A stretch of DNA of 32,816 nucleotides from a bacterium (GCA_043801585.1 JAZDLX010000047.1:1-32816); one strand, 5' to 3'; counted from the first letter of the stretch, positions 16,799 through 26,465 are shown. Notes: a model not told the origin generated them from the sequence alone. Made by a program: numbers and translations.

Positions 16799-19423
16799 AT
16801 GCGACGTTTGATCGTGTTGCTGCTTGCCTTGGCCCTGCCAGTACTGGCTTGGGCACAAACGGGAACGGTTATGGGCACTGTTACTGCTGCCGGCACGGGC
16901 GAGGCCTTGGCTGCTGCTCAAGTGCAGATCGTCGGCACGACGATGGGAGCGGCATCGGATCTGGCAGGGGACTTTGTCATTATGAATGTCCCTGCCGGAA
17001 CCCATACCCTCCGCTGCTCATTCCTCGGCTATAAGTTGGGCACCGAGGAATTCACTGTCAGCGATGGACAGACGGTGACGATTGATTTCCAACTTGAATC
17101 TGGATTCATCGCTCAGAAGGAACTGACGTTCTTCGCCAGCCGCGCTACCGAGCGATTGACGCCGGTTGCGTTCACCGACGTCGATAAGTCAGAAATCACC
17201 ACCCGCCTCGGAAGCCGTGACCTGCCGATGGTACTGAACACCACGCCCTCCGTGTACGCCACGGAAGCCGGTGGCGGAGCAGGTGACGCCCGGATCAACA
17301 TCCGTGGTTTCAACCAGCGCAACGTCGCCGTGATGATCAACGGTGTCCCGGTGAACGACATGGAGAACGGTTGGGTCTACTGGTCCAACTGGGACGGCCT
17401 CGCGGACGTCACAAGCTCGATCCAGGTCCAGCGTGGTCTCAGCGCGGTGAACATGGCTGTCCCATCGGTTGGTGGAACGATGAACATTCTCACCGATGCC
17501 GCTGCGATGGACCGTCAGTTCTCGTCAAAGACAGAGGTTGGAACGGCGGGCTTCCTGAAAGAATCCCTCTCCGCTTCAACAGGTTTGATGAATGGCAAGT
17601 ATGCCTTCAGTGGAAGTGTTGTCCGCAAAGTTGGTGATGGCATCGCGGACAAGACCTTCACGGATGCCTGGGCCTATTTCGCTGGCATCTCCTATGTGAT
17701 GAACGAGAACAACAAGTTCGACCTGACCTTCTTCGGCGCCCCACAGCGTCACGGCCAGCGTTCTTACATGGAGCCAATCAGCACCTTCAGTCATGATCTT
17801 GCCGAAACGAGCAAGGTTCCTGCTGCTGATTTCGACGACGAGCTCGGCTATAACTACAACCCCAACTGGGGTCCGGTCTCTTCGGACAACATGAAGGTTG
17901 CGAACAAGGAGTACTACAACGGCGCGGAACATGATGTGAAGCAGGACGACTTCCTGATGGAGCGTGAGAATTACTTCCACAAACCCCAGGGCAACCTGAA
18001 CTGGTACTGGAAGATCAACGAGAGGATGAACCTCGCTTCAGTCGCCTATCTCTCCATCGGCAAAGGTGGTGGTACAGGCGGTTTAGGGCATTTCATCTAT
18101 AATGATGAAGGCACCATCGATTTCGACGCTGTCATTCAGCGGAACCTCGATGTAACACCGGATGCCGACAACGAGCGTGCCGGTGTTACCGCCCTCCGCA
18201 ACTCGGTAAACAACCACTTCTGGTATGGAGTCATCTCCAAGTTCAACTATCAACCCAACGACAACCTGAAAACCCAGGTCGGAATCGACATCCGCCAGTT
18301 CAAGGGCGATCACTTCCGTGAGCTCCGCAACCTGCTTGGTGCGGATTACTGGGATGACTACGGCACGAAGAAGGGTATTGGCGACAAGTACAGCTACGAC
18401 TTCTCGAATTTCGTCTCATGGATGGGTGGATTTGCCCAGGCCGAGTATGTCATGAACGACCTGACCTTTGTCGGAATGGCGGGCGTGTCCAGCGTCGGTT
18501 ACAAGCATGAAAACTACTACGGCGACCTCGATGGACTCAAAGTTGAACCTGATGCCATCCTGGGCTACCAGGTCAAGGGCGGCGCGAACTACAACGTCAA
18601 TGACCAGGTGAACGTGTACGGTAACTTCGGTTACCAGAGCAAACCACCGATCTTTGACGGTGTCATCGACGACGGCAACGGGACCTTCAACGCCGATCCG
18701 CTGAACGAGAAGATTATCGGCTTTGAACTGGGCACTGGATACACCGGCATGGCTCGTAAACTGAGTGCCGATGCCAACATCTACTACACGCTCTGGAATG
18801 ACCGGACCTGGAACTATTACTACACCGATCCGAACACGTTTGAGGAGTTTCTCTACACGTTGGAAGGTGTGGACGCCGTTCACTCCGGTTTCGAACTGAC
18901 CGCCAGGTATCGTCCGATTCAGATGTTTGAGGCGGACATAATGGCCAGTATCGGCAACTGGATCTGGGCGAATGATGTGACTGCGACGTTCCGTCCGGAA
19001 TCCAACCCGACTGATGTTCAGACAGTTCACTTGTACATCGACGGTCTGAAGGTCAGTGACGCGGCTCAGAGCACCTACTCGGTTGGTGGTACGTTCTTCC
19101 CGATGCGGGGCACCTACTTGAACCTGACGTGGAAGTTCTACGACCAATACTACGCAGCGTTCGATCCCACGAACCGTGACGATCCGACGGATACGGCACA
19201 GCCGTGGAAGGCGACCAACTATGCCCTTGTCGATCTGCATGCCGGCTATGATGTCCCGAACCCGTACAATCTGGGAGTCCATGTGGGTATTGATGTGTTC
19301 AACGTTTTGGATACCCAGTACATTTCGGACGCGGAAGACGGAAGTAATCATGGCCCTAGCACTGCGCTGGTTTTTGTCGGTCTCCCAATGCGCTATAACG
19401 TCAGCCTGACACTGACCTACTAA
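16799..19423 (+). CDS. TonB-dependent receptor with N-terminal carboxypeptidase-regulatory-like domain
   Basis: GGAGG RBS; signal peptide; VMGTVT..GEALAAAQV..CSFLGY domain; plug RINIRGFNQRNVAVMINGVPVND; barrel ending FNVLDTQY...RYNVSLTLTY. Confidence 0.93.
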   Translation: MRRLIVLLLALALPVLAWAQTGTVMGTVTAAGTGEALAAAQVQIVGTTMGAASDLAGDFVIMNVPAGTHTLRCSFLGYKLGTEEFTVSDGQTVTIDFQLESGFIAQKELTFFASRATERLTPVAFTDVDKSEITTRLGSRDLPMVLNTTPSVYATEAGGGAGDARINIRGFNQRNVAVMINGVPVNDMENGWVYWSNWDGLADVTSSIQVQRGLSAVNMAVPSVGGTMNILTDAAAMDRQFSSKTEVGTAGFLKESLSASTGLMNGKYAFSGSVVRKVGDGIADKTFTDAWAYFAGISYVMNENNKFDLTFFGAPQRHGQRSYMEPISTFSHDLAETSKVPAADFDDELGYNYNPNWGPVSSDNMKVANKEYYNGAEHDVKQDDFLMERENYFHKPQGNLNWYWKINERMNLASVAYLSIGKGGGTGGLGHFIYNDEGTIDFDAVIQRNLDVTPDADNERAGVTALRNSVNNHFWYGVISKFNYQPNDNLKTQVGIDIRQFKGDHFRELRNLLGADYWDDYGTKKGIGDKYSYDFSNFVSWMGGFAQAEYVMNDLTFVGMAGVSSVGYKHENYYGDLDGLKVEPDAILGYQVKGGANYNVNDQVNVYGNFGYQSKPPIFDGVIDDGNGTFNADPLNEKIIGFELGTGYTGMARKLSADANIYYTLWNDRTWNYYYTDPNTFEEFLYTLEGVDAVHSGFELTARYRPIQMFEADIMASIGNWIWANDVTATFRPESNPTDVQTVHLYIDGLKVSDAAQSTYSVGGTFFPMRGTYLNLTWKFYDQYYAAFDPTNRDDPTDTAQPWKATNYALVDLHAGYDVPNPYNLGVHVGIDVFNVLDTQYISDAEDGSNHGPSTALVFVGLPMRYNVSLTLTY

Positions 19424-19426
19424 GCA

Positions 19427-19623
19427 GGGAATCCCGGATTCGAGAATCCGGGCTACACTGGCTTCTTCAGATGACGTCTAAGGGTCGGTCCCGAAGTGTC
19501 GGGATCGGCCCTTTTTACGCTCAATGGGAAAACTTGCTACGAAAAAATGTGGTAGCCCGGAATCTTGATTCCGGGGGAAAGAAAGACCGGGGTGGGAATC
19601 CCGGATTCGAGAATCCGGGCTAC
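19427..19623. repeat. three GTAG-class REP elements: 19427-19456 (-), 19552-19575 (+), 19594-19623 (-)
   Basis: GTAG followed by the palindrome CCCGGATTC-TC-GAATCCGGG. Copies 1 and 3 are identical over 30 bp; copy 2 is inverted and diverged. Confidence 0.8.
19480..19516 (+). terminator. intrinsic terminator of the TonB receptor gene
   Basis: AAGGGTCGGTCCCGA-AGTG-TCGGGATCGGCCCTT followed by TTT. Confidence 0.8.
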
Positions 19624-19650
19624 GTTGGTTTTGGGCGCACACCGGAACGT

Positions 19651-21150
19651 TCAATCCCGGGGTGCGACTGCCTGAATTCTCCCTTCAAGCGCCGGTGAGA
19701 TCACACCAAGAGAACGGCAATGCTGTTCGAGCACCTGTGCATCCATCTGGTCGTGGTCGCTTCCAACGAGAACCACACCGCCAGCGAACACGTCAAAATC
19801 GTCCCCTCCTCTTAACAGGTAGTCGGGAAGAGCAGCCGTGTAGGTGCTGTCTTCGGCGAGAACCACTCCGTCGATGTCGATCCGTGTCACACGTGAACCG
19901 GCGGCTTTCCCCGAATCGTAGCTATACGTCAATCCTGACACCTGAAGCACCCGGTTCGGGTGGTTTTCCAGGTCACCCACACCGTGTTCAAGGGCTTTTC
20001 GAATCAGCGATCCTTTGATACGTACAACGCATACGCGATTTCCGAAGGGGAGCAGCGAGAGCACCCCGCGACGTGTCAATTCACCGGCGGGCAACGCTGC
20101 CCGAATACCACCGCCCTGAATCAGACCGATGTCGGAGTCCGTCGCCATTCGGAAGGCGTCGGCGATCAGGTTTCCCGCCATCAATTCGTTCAGGTACGCC
20201 TCCCTGCCATGGTACATCGCACTCTCAAGGGGTCTACTCAGGATTGCAACGGGTACATCAAGACTGTCCGAGAGCGCCTGCATGTACCTGTCGGCGAACT
20301 CCCGCAATCCTAGGTCTTCCGCCACTCCCGGTCCGATGCGAATCGCCTGCACCGACGGCGTGACCGTGCCGTCCTGATGGCGTGTCAGGTCGAGACGGAT
20401 CATCGAGGCGAGGTTGCCTCCCGGAGAGGCGATGGGACGCTCCCCGACATACTGCACCATGCTGTGTGTTTCGTCTCGCTCCTCGGTCAAGATCGCCACG
20501 ATTTCCGGCAGCGAGTCGAGGAGAGTAACATTGACGGCGAGTGACGTCTGCGTCAACGCCACGACAGCATCCATGCGCCTTCCACGAAGCTCCTCCAGGC
20601 CGTCCCGCGCCGCAGCGAGCAGGTCCCGCTGGTGCACGTTTGATCCGGGGGATGTGGTCTCCATCGCGTCGGTCAGTCCGATCAAACCGATCCGCAGGCC
20701 ACCAGAAGTGATTACAAGTGTTCGAGGCAGTCCATCAAAAACCTCACCGAGGCTGTCTACAAGGTTTGTCGTAAACCAGGGAAACCGGCTTGCCGCCACC
20801 AGTTGCCGGGTCTGATCCGCTCCGAAATCGAAGTCATGCTGGCCGAAGGTCGCGGCATCCACGCCAATGATATTGAACGCCTCGACAACGGGCATGCCGT
20901 GAAACAAGGCTCCGAACAGAACTCCCCCCGCGAGGTCGCCTCCGAACAGCAGTTGGGCGTCTTTCCGTCCACGCCGCACGTGATCGACAACAGTTTTCAG
21001 CCGGGCGACACCGCCGCGGTCACCGAGACGATCCACGACAGGAGCCACTTCATGGGCATCGGTGATGTAGAGCAGGGTTGCGGTGTGAGGTTTTGCCGAG
21101 GCATGAGCCACCAGCATCAGGGCAGCAATCAGAATCAACGGAGTTCGCAT
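19651..21150 (-). CDS. secreted metallophosphoesterase / 5'-nucleotidase-family protein with atypical metal-binding motifs
   Basis: Signal peptide; TDAH, GGD and GQHDFDFG motifs; C-terminal 5'-nucleotidase domain (GNLIADA, GGGIRA, LPFGN, LQVSG, YLLRGGDDF). Confidence 0.85.
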   Translation of the reverse strand: MRTPLILIAALMLVAHASAKPHTATLLYITDAHEVAPVVDRLGDRGGVARLKTVVDHVRRGRKDAQLLFGGDLAGGVLFGALFHGMPVVEAFNIIGVDAATFGQHDFDFGADQTRQLVAASRFPWFTTNLVDSLGEVFDGLPRTLVITSGGLRIGLIGLTDAMETTSPGSNVHQRDLLAAARDGLEELRGRRMDAVVALTQTSLAVNVTLLDSLPEIVAILTEERDETHSMVQYVGERPIASPGGNLASMIRLDLTRHQDGTVTPSVQAIRIGPGVAEDLGLREFADRYMQALSDSLDVPVAILSRPLESAMYHGREAYLNELMAGNLIADAFRMATDSDIGLIQGGGIRAALPAGELTRRGVLSLLPFGNRVCVVRIKGSLIRKALEHGVGDLENHPNRVLQVSGLTYSYDSGKAAGSRVTRIDIDGVVLAEDSTYTAALPDYLLRGGDDFDVFAGGVVLVGSDHDQMDAQVLEQHCRSLGVISPALEGRIQAVAPRD

Positions 21151-21230
21151 GAGTATCACCCGCGGGGAGTGTCCTGACAATCAGGTCTTCCGTCTACCAG
21201 AAGTATTCAACAGCTGGAAACGTCTATGGG

Positions 21231-22136
21231 TTATTCGCCAACTGTTGCAAGCAACTCCTCCACGAGAGTCGGGATCAGATCGATGACCGCGAATCCTGAA
21301 GGGATGGATGTCGAAACGGCGATGGATTCCGCGCCCGCCGTGATCAACCGGGTTTCCGCATTCTCGGCGAAGACACCATGCACAGCGACGCAATGAACCG
21401 AGGCCGCGCCCTGTTCACGTGCAATCTGCACGGCCTTGGCCATTGATCCGCCGGTGGCGATCATGTCATCGAGCAGAAAAACATCATGGTCGGTGAGGTC
21501 GGTGTCACAGACCATCTCGACGTCCCGGTCGGAGAGGCGGTTTTTCACCATATGGGCGAATTTCACCTGCAGATCCTCCCCGATCTTCGCTACCCAATTT
21601 GCCCGGCCTTTATCCGGTGAGAGCAGGATCGGCCGGTGCGCAGCAGGCAACAGCGTTTCACGAAGGTACTCGGACACCACCGAGGAACCGTTGATATTGT
21701 CGAACGGAACATCGAACAGTTTCACGGATTCCGGATTGTGCAACTCCACGGTCAGTATATGTGAGATAAGATTCTGCCGCAGCATTCGGGCGATCACCGC
21801 CATCGAGAGAGGCTTCCCCGGCTGGTCCACGCGATCCTGTCGGGCGTACGCCATGTAGGGAATGACCCCGATAATCTCCTTCACGTCCGCTCGTGCGAGC
21901 GCGTCGGCGATCAACGCAAATTCAAAAATGTTGTTGTGAACGGGGCGGTAGAACGATCCGACGAGCACAATCCTTTTCCCCTTGACATCCGGCGTGATCC
22001 TGATGGCAAGCTCGCCATCTGGGTGAGGTTTCACATGCGCGGGAAGCAGCGGCACATTCAGCCGTTTTGCAAGATGCAAACCTGTCGATTGCGCCGAGGA
22101 ACAGGCGATCAACCCGTCGAAGGGTACACCTATCAT
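21231..22136 (-). CDS. prs: ribose-phosphate pyrophosphokinase (PRPP synthetase), short class III / archaeal-like form
   Basis: PDGE, PYMAYARQDR, VELH, SPDKG, DDMIATGGSM and VHGVF motifs. Confidence 0.88.
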   Translation of the reverse strand: MIGVPFDGLIACSSAQSTGLHLAKRLNVPLLPAHVKPHPDGELAIRITPDVKGKRIVLVGSFYRPVHNNIFEFALIADALARADVKEIIGVIPYMAYARQDRVDQPGKPLSMAVIARMLRQNLISHILTVELHNPESVKLFDVPFDNINGSSVVSEYLRETLLPAAHRPILLSPDKGRANWVAKIGEDLQVKFAHMVKNRLSDRDVEMVCDTDLTDHDVFLLDDMIATGGSMAKAVQIAREQGAASVHCVAVHGVFAENAETRLITAGAESIAVSTSIPSGFAVIDLIPTLVEELLATVGE

Positions 22137-22144
22137 CGTTCCCC

Positions 22145-23026
22145 CTATTCAACAGGTAGCGTGGCGGGAATATCCTTGCTGGGATTGCCCGTCGTCCAGC
22201 TAAGGAAATCGGCGATACGGGCTTTCATCTCGAGACGCGGAACCACCTGGTCCAGAAATCCCGTGTCGAGAAGGAATTCACTCCGTTGGAAACCTTCAGG
22301 AAGGTCCTGTCCGATAGTCTGCTTGATCACACGGGGACCGGCAAACCCGATCAACGCGCCTGGTTCGGCGATGTTCACGTCCCCAAGCATCGAGAAGCTG
22401 GCTGTGGTTCCGCCGGTTGTCGGATCGGTGAGTACCGAGATGAAGGGGATTTTTGCGCGGGCAAGACGTGTCAGGCGCGCGGAGGTTTTCGCCATCTGCA
22501 TCAACGAAAGCATTCCCTCCTGCATCCGCATCCCTCCCGAGCAGGAGAGCAGAACAAGGGGCCTTTTCCCCTCCAGGCTGCGGTCGATGGCGCGTGCGAT
22601 TTTCTCACCGACAACGCTGCCCACCGAACCCCCGAGGAACTCGAAATCCATCACCCCGAGGACAATCGCATGCCCCCCCAGCTCGGCGAAGCCCGTGATT
22701 ACCGCTTCGTTGCGGCCTGTTTTTTTCATCGAGGCGCTGATTCTGTCCACGTATTTTTTGGAATCGCGAAAGCCGAGAGGGTCAAGCGACTTCAATTCAG
22801 CATCGAACTCGTTGAAGGTCCCTTCATCCGTGAGCAGTCGGATGTAGCCGATGGCATCCAGCCGGTGGTGATGACCGCATTCGGGACAAACCTGAAAGTT
22901 GCGTTCCATTTTGCGGCTGTATACCACTGCTCCACAACCCGCGCATTTCACCCACACACCTTCCGGCATGTCGCGCTTCTTCGCACCTTCAAGTCCGTCC
23001 TTCTCACGCTTGAACCAGCTGCTCAT
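22145..23026 (-). CDS. accD: acetyl-CoA carboxylase carboxyltransferase beta subunit
   Basis: CxxC...CxxC zinc finger; GGSVGSVVGEK; SGGMRMQEG; PTTGG; IGFAGPRVI; GFQRSEFL. Confidence 0.97.
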   Translation of the reverse strand: MSSWFKREKDGLEGAKKRDMPEGVWVKCAGCGAVVYSRKMERNFQVCPECGHHHRLDAIGYIRLLTDEGTFNEFDAELKSLDPLGFRDSKKYVDRISASMKKTGRNEAVITGFAELGGHAIVLGVMDFEFLGGSVGSVVGEKIARAIDRSLEGKRPLVLLSCSGGMRMQEGMLSLMQMAKTSARLTRLARAKIPFISVLTDPTTGGTTASFSMLGDVNIAEPGALIGFAGPRVIKQTIGQDLPEGFQRSEFLLDTGFLDQVVPRLEMKARIADFLSWTTGNPSKDIPATLPVE

Positions 23027-23526
23027 CGTCGTCCACCCCTGTCATGCTCCGGCTCTCTCCAGTGCTGACTGTTCAGAGCGAGCTTCATCACCAGTGAATC
23101 TTCCCCGTCAGGGTAATAGTGCGGGCGGCATCCTGCAACTGCAAAACTAAAACTCTCATAAAGCTGGATGGCCGAATGATTGGAAATGCGGACGTCCAGA
23201 TAGATGTTTCTTGTTCCCCGCTCGTGCATCCGTTCCAACCAGATTTTCAGCAATCCGCGCCCGACACCCTGTCGACGTGCCTCGGGGATCACTCCGATGT
23301 TCAACAACTCCGCTTCATCCGCAGCCTGCATCCCGAGCAGGTAGCCGACCAGAGTATCATTGACTTCAGCGACAATGCCCATTCCCGTCGGTGGTCGAAG
23401 CAGTTCTGAAAAATCCTTCAACTTCCAGGCATTTTTCGTGAACGTCTTCTTTTCCGCCGACGCCACGGCACGCAGATCGCTTTTCAACATCTCCCGCAAT
23501 GAAACCGGACCAACCACCCTCTTCAT
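23023..23526 (-). CDS. rimI: ribosomal-protein-alanine N-acetyltransferase (GNAT)
   Basis: EAELLNIGV..RRQGVGR; LDVRISN..AIQLY; R.HYY.DGEDS.VM. Confidence 0.88.
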   Translation of the reverse strand: MKRVVGPVSLREMLKSDLRAVASAEKKTFTKNAWKLKDFSELLRPPTGMGIVAEVNDTLVGYLLGMQAADEAELLNIGVIPEARRQGVGRGLLKIWLERMHERGTRNIYLDVRISNHSAIQLYESFSFAVAGCRPHYYPDGEDSLVMKLALNSQHWREPEHDRGGRR

Positions 23527-23536
23527 CGTTCCGTCC

Positions 23537-24394
23537 TCAAACAGGCGTTTGGAGCGATTCGCGGCGAATGCGGTCCGCTACCCAAACGGCCTGCACTGTC
23601 TCAGCGACATCATGAACTCGTACCACTTCCACCCCGGCGAGCGCACAGACCGTTGCCGCCGCGAGCGATCCTGAAAGACGGTTGTCAGGATGTTCGATCC
23701 CCACCACCTTCAGGAAACTCTTTCGCGACGGACCGACGAGAAGCGGACACCCCAGCACCCGGAACGCTGCCAATTGTGCGAGGAGTGTAAAGTTGTGCTC
23801 CGGCGCTTTTCCAAACCCGATTCCCGGGTCGAAAAGCACCTTCGAGAGATCCATCCCCGCGGCCTCCATCGCAGTCAACCGTTCCTCAAATGCCTGGATG
23901 ATCTCTCCAACCAGGTCGTCGTATCCCGTGTCGATCTGCATCGTCTTCGGAGTGCCGCGCATGTGCATCGCAACGAAGGGTACGTCCCAACGCGCCATCA
24001 ACGGCAGCATCTCCGAATCCATCGTTCCGGCGGAAATGTCGTTCACCCACGAAGCTCCGGCATCGAGAGAAGCATCCGCCACCACAGCCTTTGTCGTGTC
24101 GACGGAAATCGGCACGCTCGCCGCTCCGGCAAGTTCCCGAATGACAGGAACGATTCGCCGCATCTCCTCGTCCGGCGGCACCGGATCGGACCCGGGCCGG
24201 GACGATTCTCCTCCAATGTCAAGCAGATCGGCGCCCTCTTCGACAAGACGCAATCCATGCTTGATCGCTGCTTCCACGGTTGCATGACGGCCGCCGTCAA
24301 AAAAGCTGTCCGGTGTCACGTTGACGATCCCCATCACGAGGGTTCGCTCGCCGAGACGGACAGTCCTGCCGTTTCCTGTTAAATCGATCGTCAC
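23537..24394 (-). CDS. folP: dihydropteroate synthase
   Basis: MGIVNVTPDSFFDGG; DIGGESSRPG; ISVDT; NDIS; DPGIGFGK; GPSRKSF; VRVHDV. Confidence 0.97.
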   Translation of the reverse strand: MTIDLTGNGRTVRLGERTLVMGIVNVTPDSFFDGGRHATVEAAIKHGLRLVEEGADLLDIGGESSRPGSDPVPPDEEMRRIVPVIRELAGAASVPISVDTTKAVVADASLDAGASWVNDISAGTMDSEMLPLMARWDVPFVAMHMRGTPKTMQIDTGYDDLVGEIIQAFEERLTAMEAAGMDLSKVLFDPGIGFGKAPEHNFTLLAQLAAFRVLGCPLLVGPSRKSFLKVVGIEHPDNRLSGSLAAATVCALAGVEVVRVHDVAETVQAVWVADRIRRESLQTPV

Positions 24395-24579
24395 GCAATC
24401 AGCTCCGTTTGGGTGGACGGTAATATAGGGTGATCGCAGGCGAGTGGGTCAAAAGGCAATTAATTTTCACGGCCGGTCGAAGCCCATCCGGAGCTTTTCA
24501 GGTTTTCCGGCGCGAGAAACACTTTTGATCTGATTTCAAAAGTAACTGTCACTTTTGATAAGCTCAATAAATACAGTGG

Positions 24580-26085
24580 TTATCGAGTCAAGAAACGAAC
24601 TCTCGCCTTGGCGGCATTGGCTGTGCGGTCATCCATGGTCGGATCGCGAAGCGCCCAGCGAAGGCGGTACTCCTGCAACGCAGAGGCAGTGTCCCCCCTC
24701 GCCTCATAAACCAGTCCGAGCACAAAATGTGCATCCGCTGAACCGCCGAGCTTCACCGACCGCTGCAATGCGTTTTCGGCCGCGGCGAGCTGTTTGAGAT
24801 TGCGCAACGTCAATCCGAGGTTATACCAGGCATTCGCATCCGTTTCATCGAGAGCAAGAACACGCTCCAGCACCCGTTCCGCCTGATTCCATCGATTCAT
24901 CCGGATCAACACCGCACTTTCGCGCTGAAGTAGACGTTTATCTCCCGTAAAATCATATCCTTCACGCAATATTTCCAGCGCTTTTTCCGGTTGCAGGGCG
25001 TTTTTTTCAATCCATTCCGCGAGGGCAAGCCGTGCAAAAATATTGCCCGGACGAACCTGAACCGCGCGTTTGAGCAAAAGCTCACGCGACATTCCCACAG
25101 TCCCGTGACCTGATCTTTCTACCAGGGTTGCCAGATCCAGCAATGCATCCACGTTGCGAGGATCTTCGGCGAGTGTGCGTCGATAAAGGCGCTTCGCTTC
25201 AGCCCCGTGTCCACGCTGACTCTCGACCTCCGCCAACACCCCCCATGCGGGAGCCAATTGAGTCGCCGATGTCAACGCCCGGGATGCCGCTTCATAGGCG
25301 CCGTCGCTGTCGCCGAGGTTCAGACGGAGTATTGCAACTTCAGTCCAATAATAAGGTTGAAGCGATTCATCCTTGGGCATCCTGCGCATCAGGAAGCGTT
25401 CGCGCCGGTTGGGATTTGCGATTCGTGCCGCATCCGCAGAGGCAGTGAGGGATTCGGAGGTATAGGGTTCCAGACAGACTTCACAAGCGACCTTCCGCCC
25501 CACCAGCTCAAGGATCTCGCGTGAAGCGTTCAGACCGGCTTCCGCACCGCTTTGTCCATAAACGGTTATTCGCTCGTTACGAACGGGACCGCCCTCTGCG
25601 TCGAGCCGGATCAGGATCAGGGCGAGGGTCACCCTTCCTTCACTCTTCGAAGACCGTACATCGCCGCGCACAAGCCAGACTGCGCGATGGCGATGAGCAC
25701 GGGCCAGTGCGGAGTCGGAGGACGCTCCCGCGCTGTCGTATCTGAGATCGGGTGTGGGAGAATCGGAATCGTCGGTTATCAATCCGGGATCAGCCACTTC
25801 AAGCAGCAGACGGAGAGCGAATCGGGCGTTCATCGCCTCTACTTGATCTTCTTCAGGTGCCCTAAAAACAGAAACTTCAATCAGGATCGGGGAGAGGTAT
25901 TCCACTGGATGCGTGCGACTCCACCGCATGGCTGCCAGGGCGATGACCAAGGTGCCGGCGATCCCGATGAATAGCATGCGGGAAAGACGAAGCATGCCGG
26001 AGGCGGAGCGGATGTAGATCCACATTCCCCACCAGACAGCTAACGCCAGGAAAATCATTAAACTGCCGGGAAACCGTTCGATCAC
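24580..26085 (-). CDS. membrane-anchored tetratricopeptide-repeat protein
   Basis: Two N-terminal TM segments; several TPRs (AWGVLAEV, AWYNLGLTL, AHFVLGLVYE); GGAG RBS before GTG. Confidence 0.75.
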   Translation of the reverse strand: MIERFPGSLMIFLALAVWWGMWIYIRSASGMLRLSRMLFIGIAGTLVIALAAMRWSRTHPVEYLSPILIEVSVFRAPEEDQVEAMNARFALRLLLEVADPGLITDDSDSPTPDLRYDSAGASSDSALARAHRHRAVWLVRGDVRSSKSEGRVTLALILIRLDAEGGPVRNERITVYGQSGAEAGLNASREILELVGRKVACEVCLEPYTSESLTASADAARIANPNRRERFLMRRMPKDESLQPYYWTEVAILRLNLGDSDGAYEAASRALTSATQLAPAWGVLAEVESQRGHGAEAKRLYRRTLAEDPRNVDALLDLATLVERSGHGTVGMSRELLLKRAVQVRPGNIFARLALAEWIEKNALQPEKALEILREGYDFTGDKRLLQRESAVLIRMNRWNQAERVLERVLALDETDANAWYNLGLTLRNLKQLAAAENALQRSVKLGGSADAHFVLGLVYEARGDTASALQEYRLRWALRDPTMDDRTANAAKARVRFLTR

Positions 26086-26142
26086 CTGCGCACTCCACTC
26101 TTGGGAGCAACAAGGTAGTGCACAAAGATCGCATCCGGCCAG

Positions 26143-26177
26143 AAAAAGGCGGCCAGGGGGTCCGCGCTCCGGCCGCC
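26143..26177 (-). terminator. intrinsic terminator upstream of the TPR gene (end of candidate sRNA or leader)
   Basis: Minus strand GGCGGCCGG...CTGGCCGCC-TTTTT. Confidence 0.65.
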
Positions 26178-26465
26178 AGAGGACGAGCTGTCCCTGATTT
26201 GTGGGACGCTCGGAGAGGGAACATCTCTCCCGTCCGGCGATTCATGAGGACTCCAGAACAGGAGAGCCCTTCAAGTGAAGGCGATGAAATACCGGACAAG
26301 AATTATGCCAGCGGATTGTGCAGACTAAGTTTCGGCTTAACAACAACGGGCTTTTTCAGACAACCGTTGAACTGTTCGAGCGCGAACAACCGCTATCCCA
26401 AGACCGGGCAGCTTCCGACCGACAAATAATCGGACACCGTTGTCCTTTTTACGGGTGCTTCCATG

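Noticed and set aside
19427..19623. Possible mini CRISPR array (two identical 30-bp repeats)
   Set aside because: Spacing is 137 nt with an inverted copy and a terminator in between, the GTAG-hairpin form fits REPs, and there are no cas genes.
24536..24558. AT-rich palindrome TCAAAAGT..ACTTTTGA after the TPR gene
   Set aside because: Weak stem with no T tract; cannot distinguish terminator, operator or chance.
26140..26320. CsrB/Rsm-like sRNA or glycine riboswitch
   Set aside because: GGA motifs are not placed in hairpin loops and the glycine aptamer core is incomplete; kept only as an unassigned RNA candidate.
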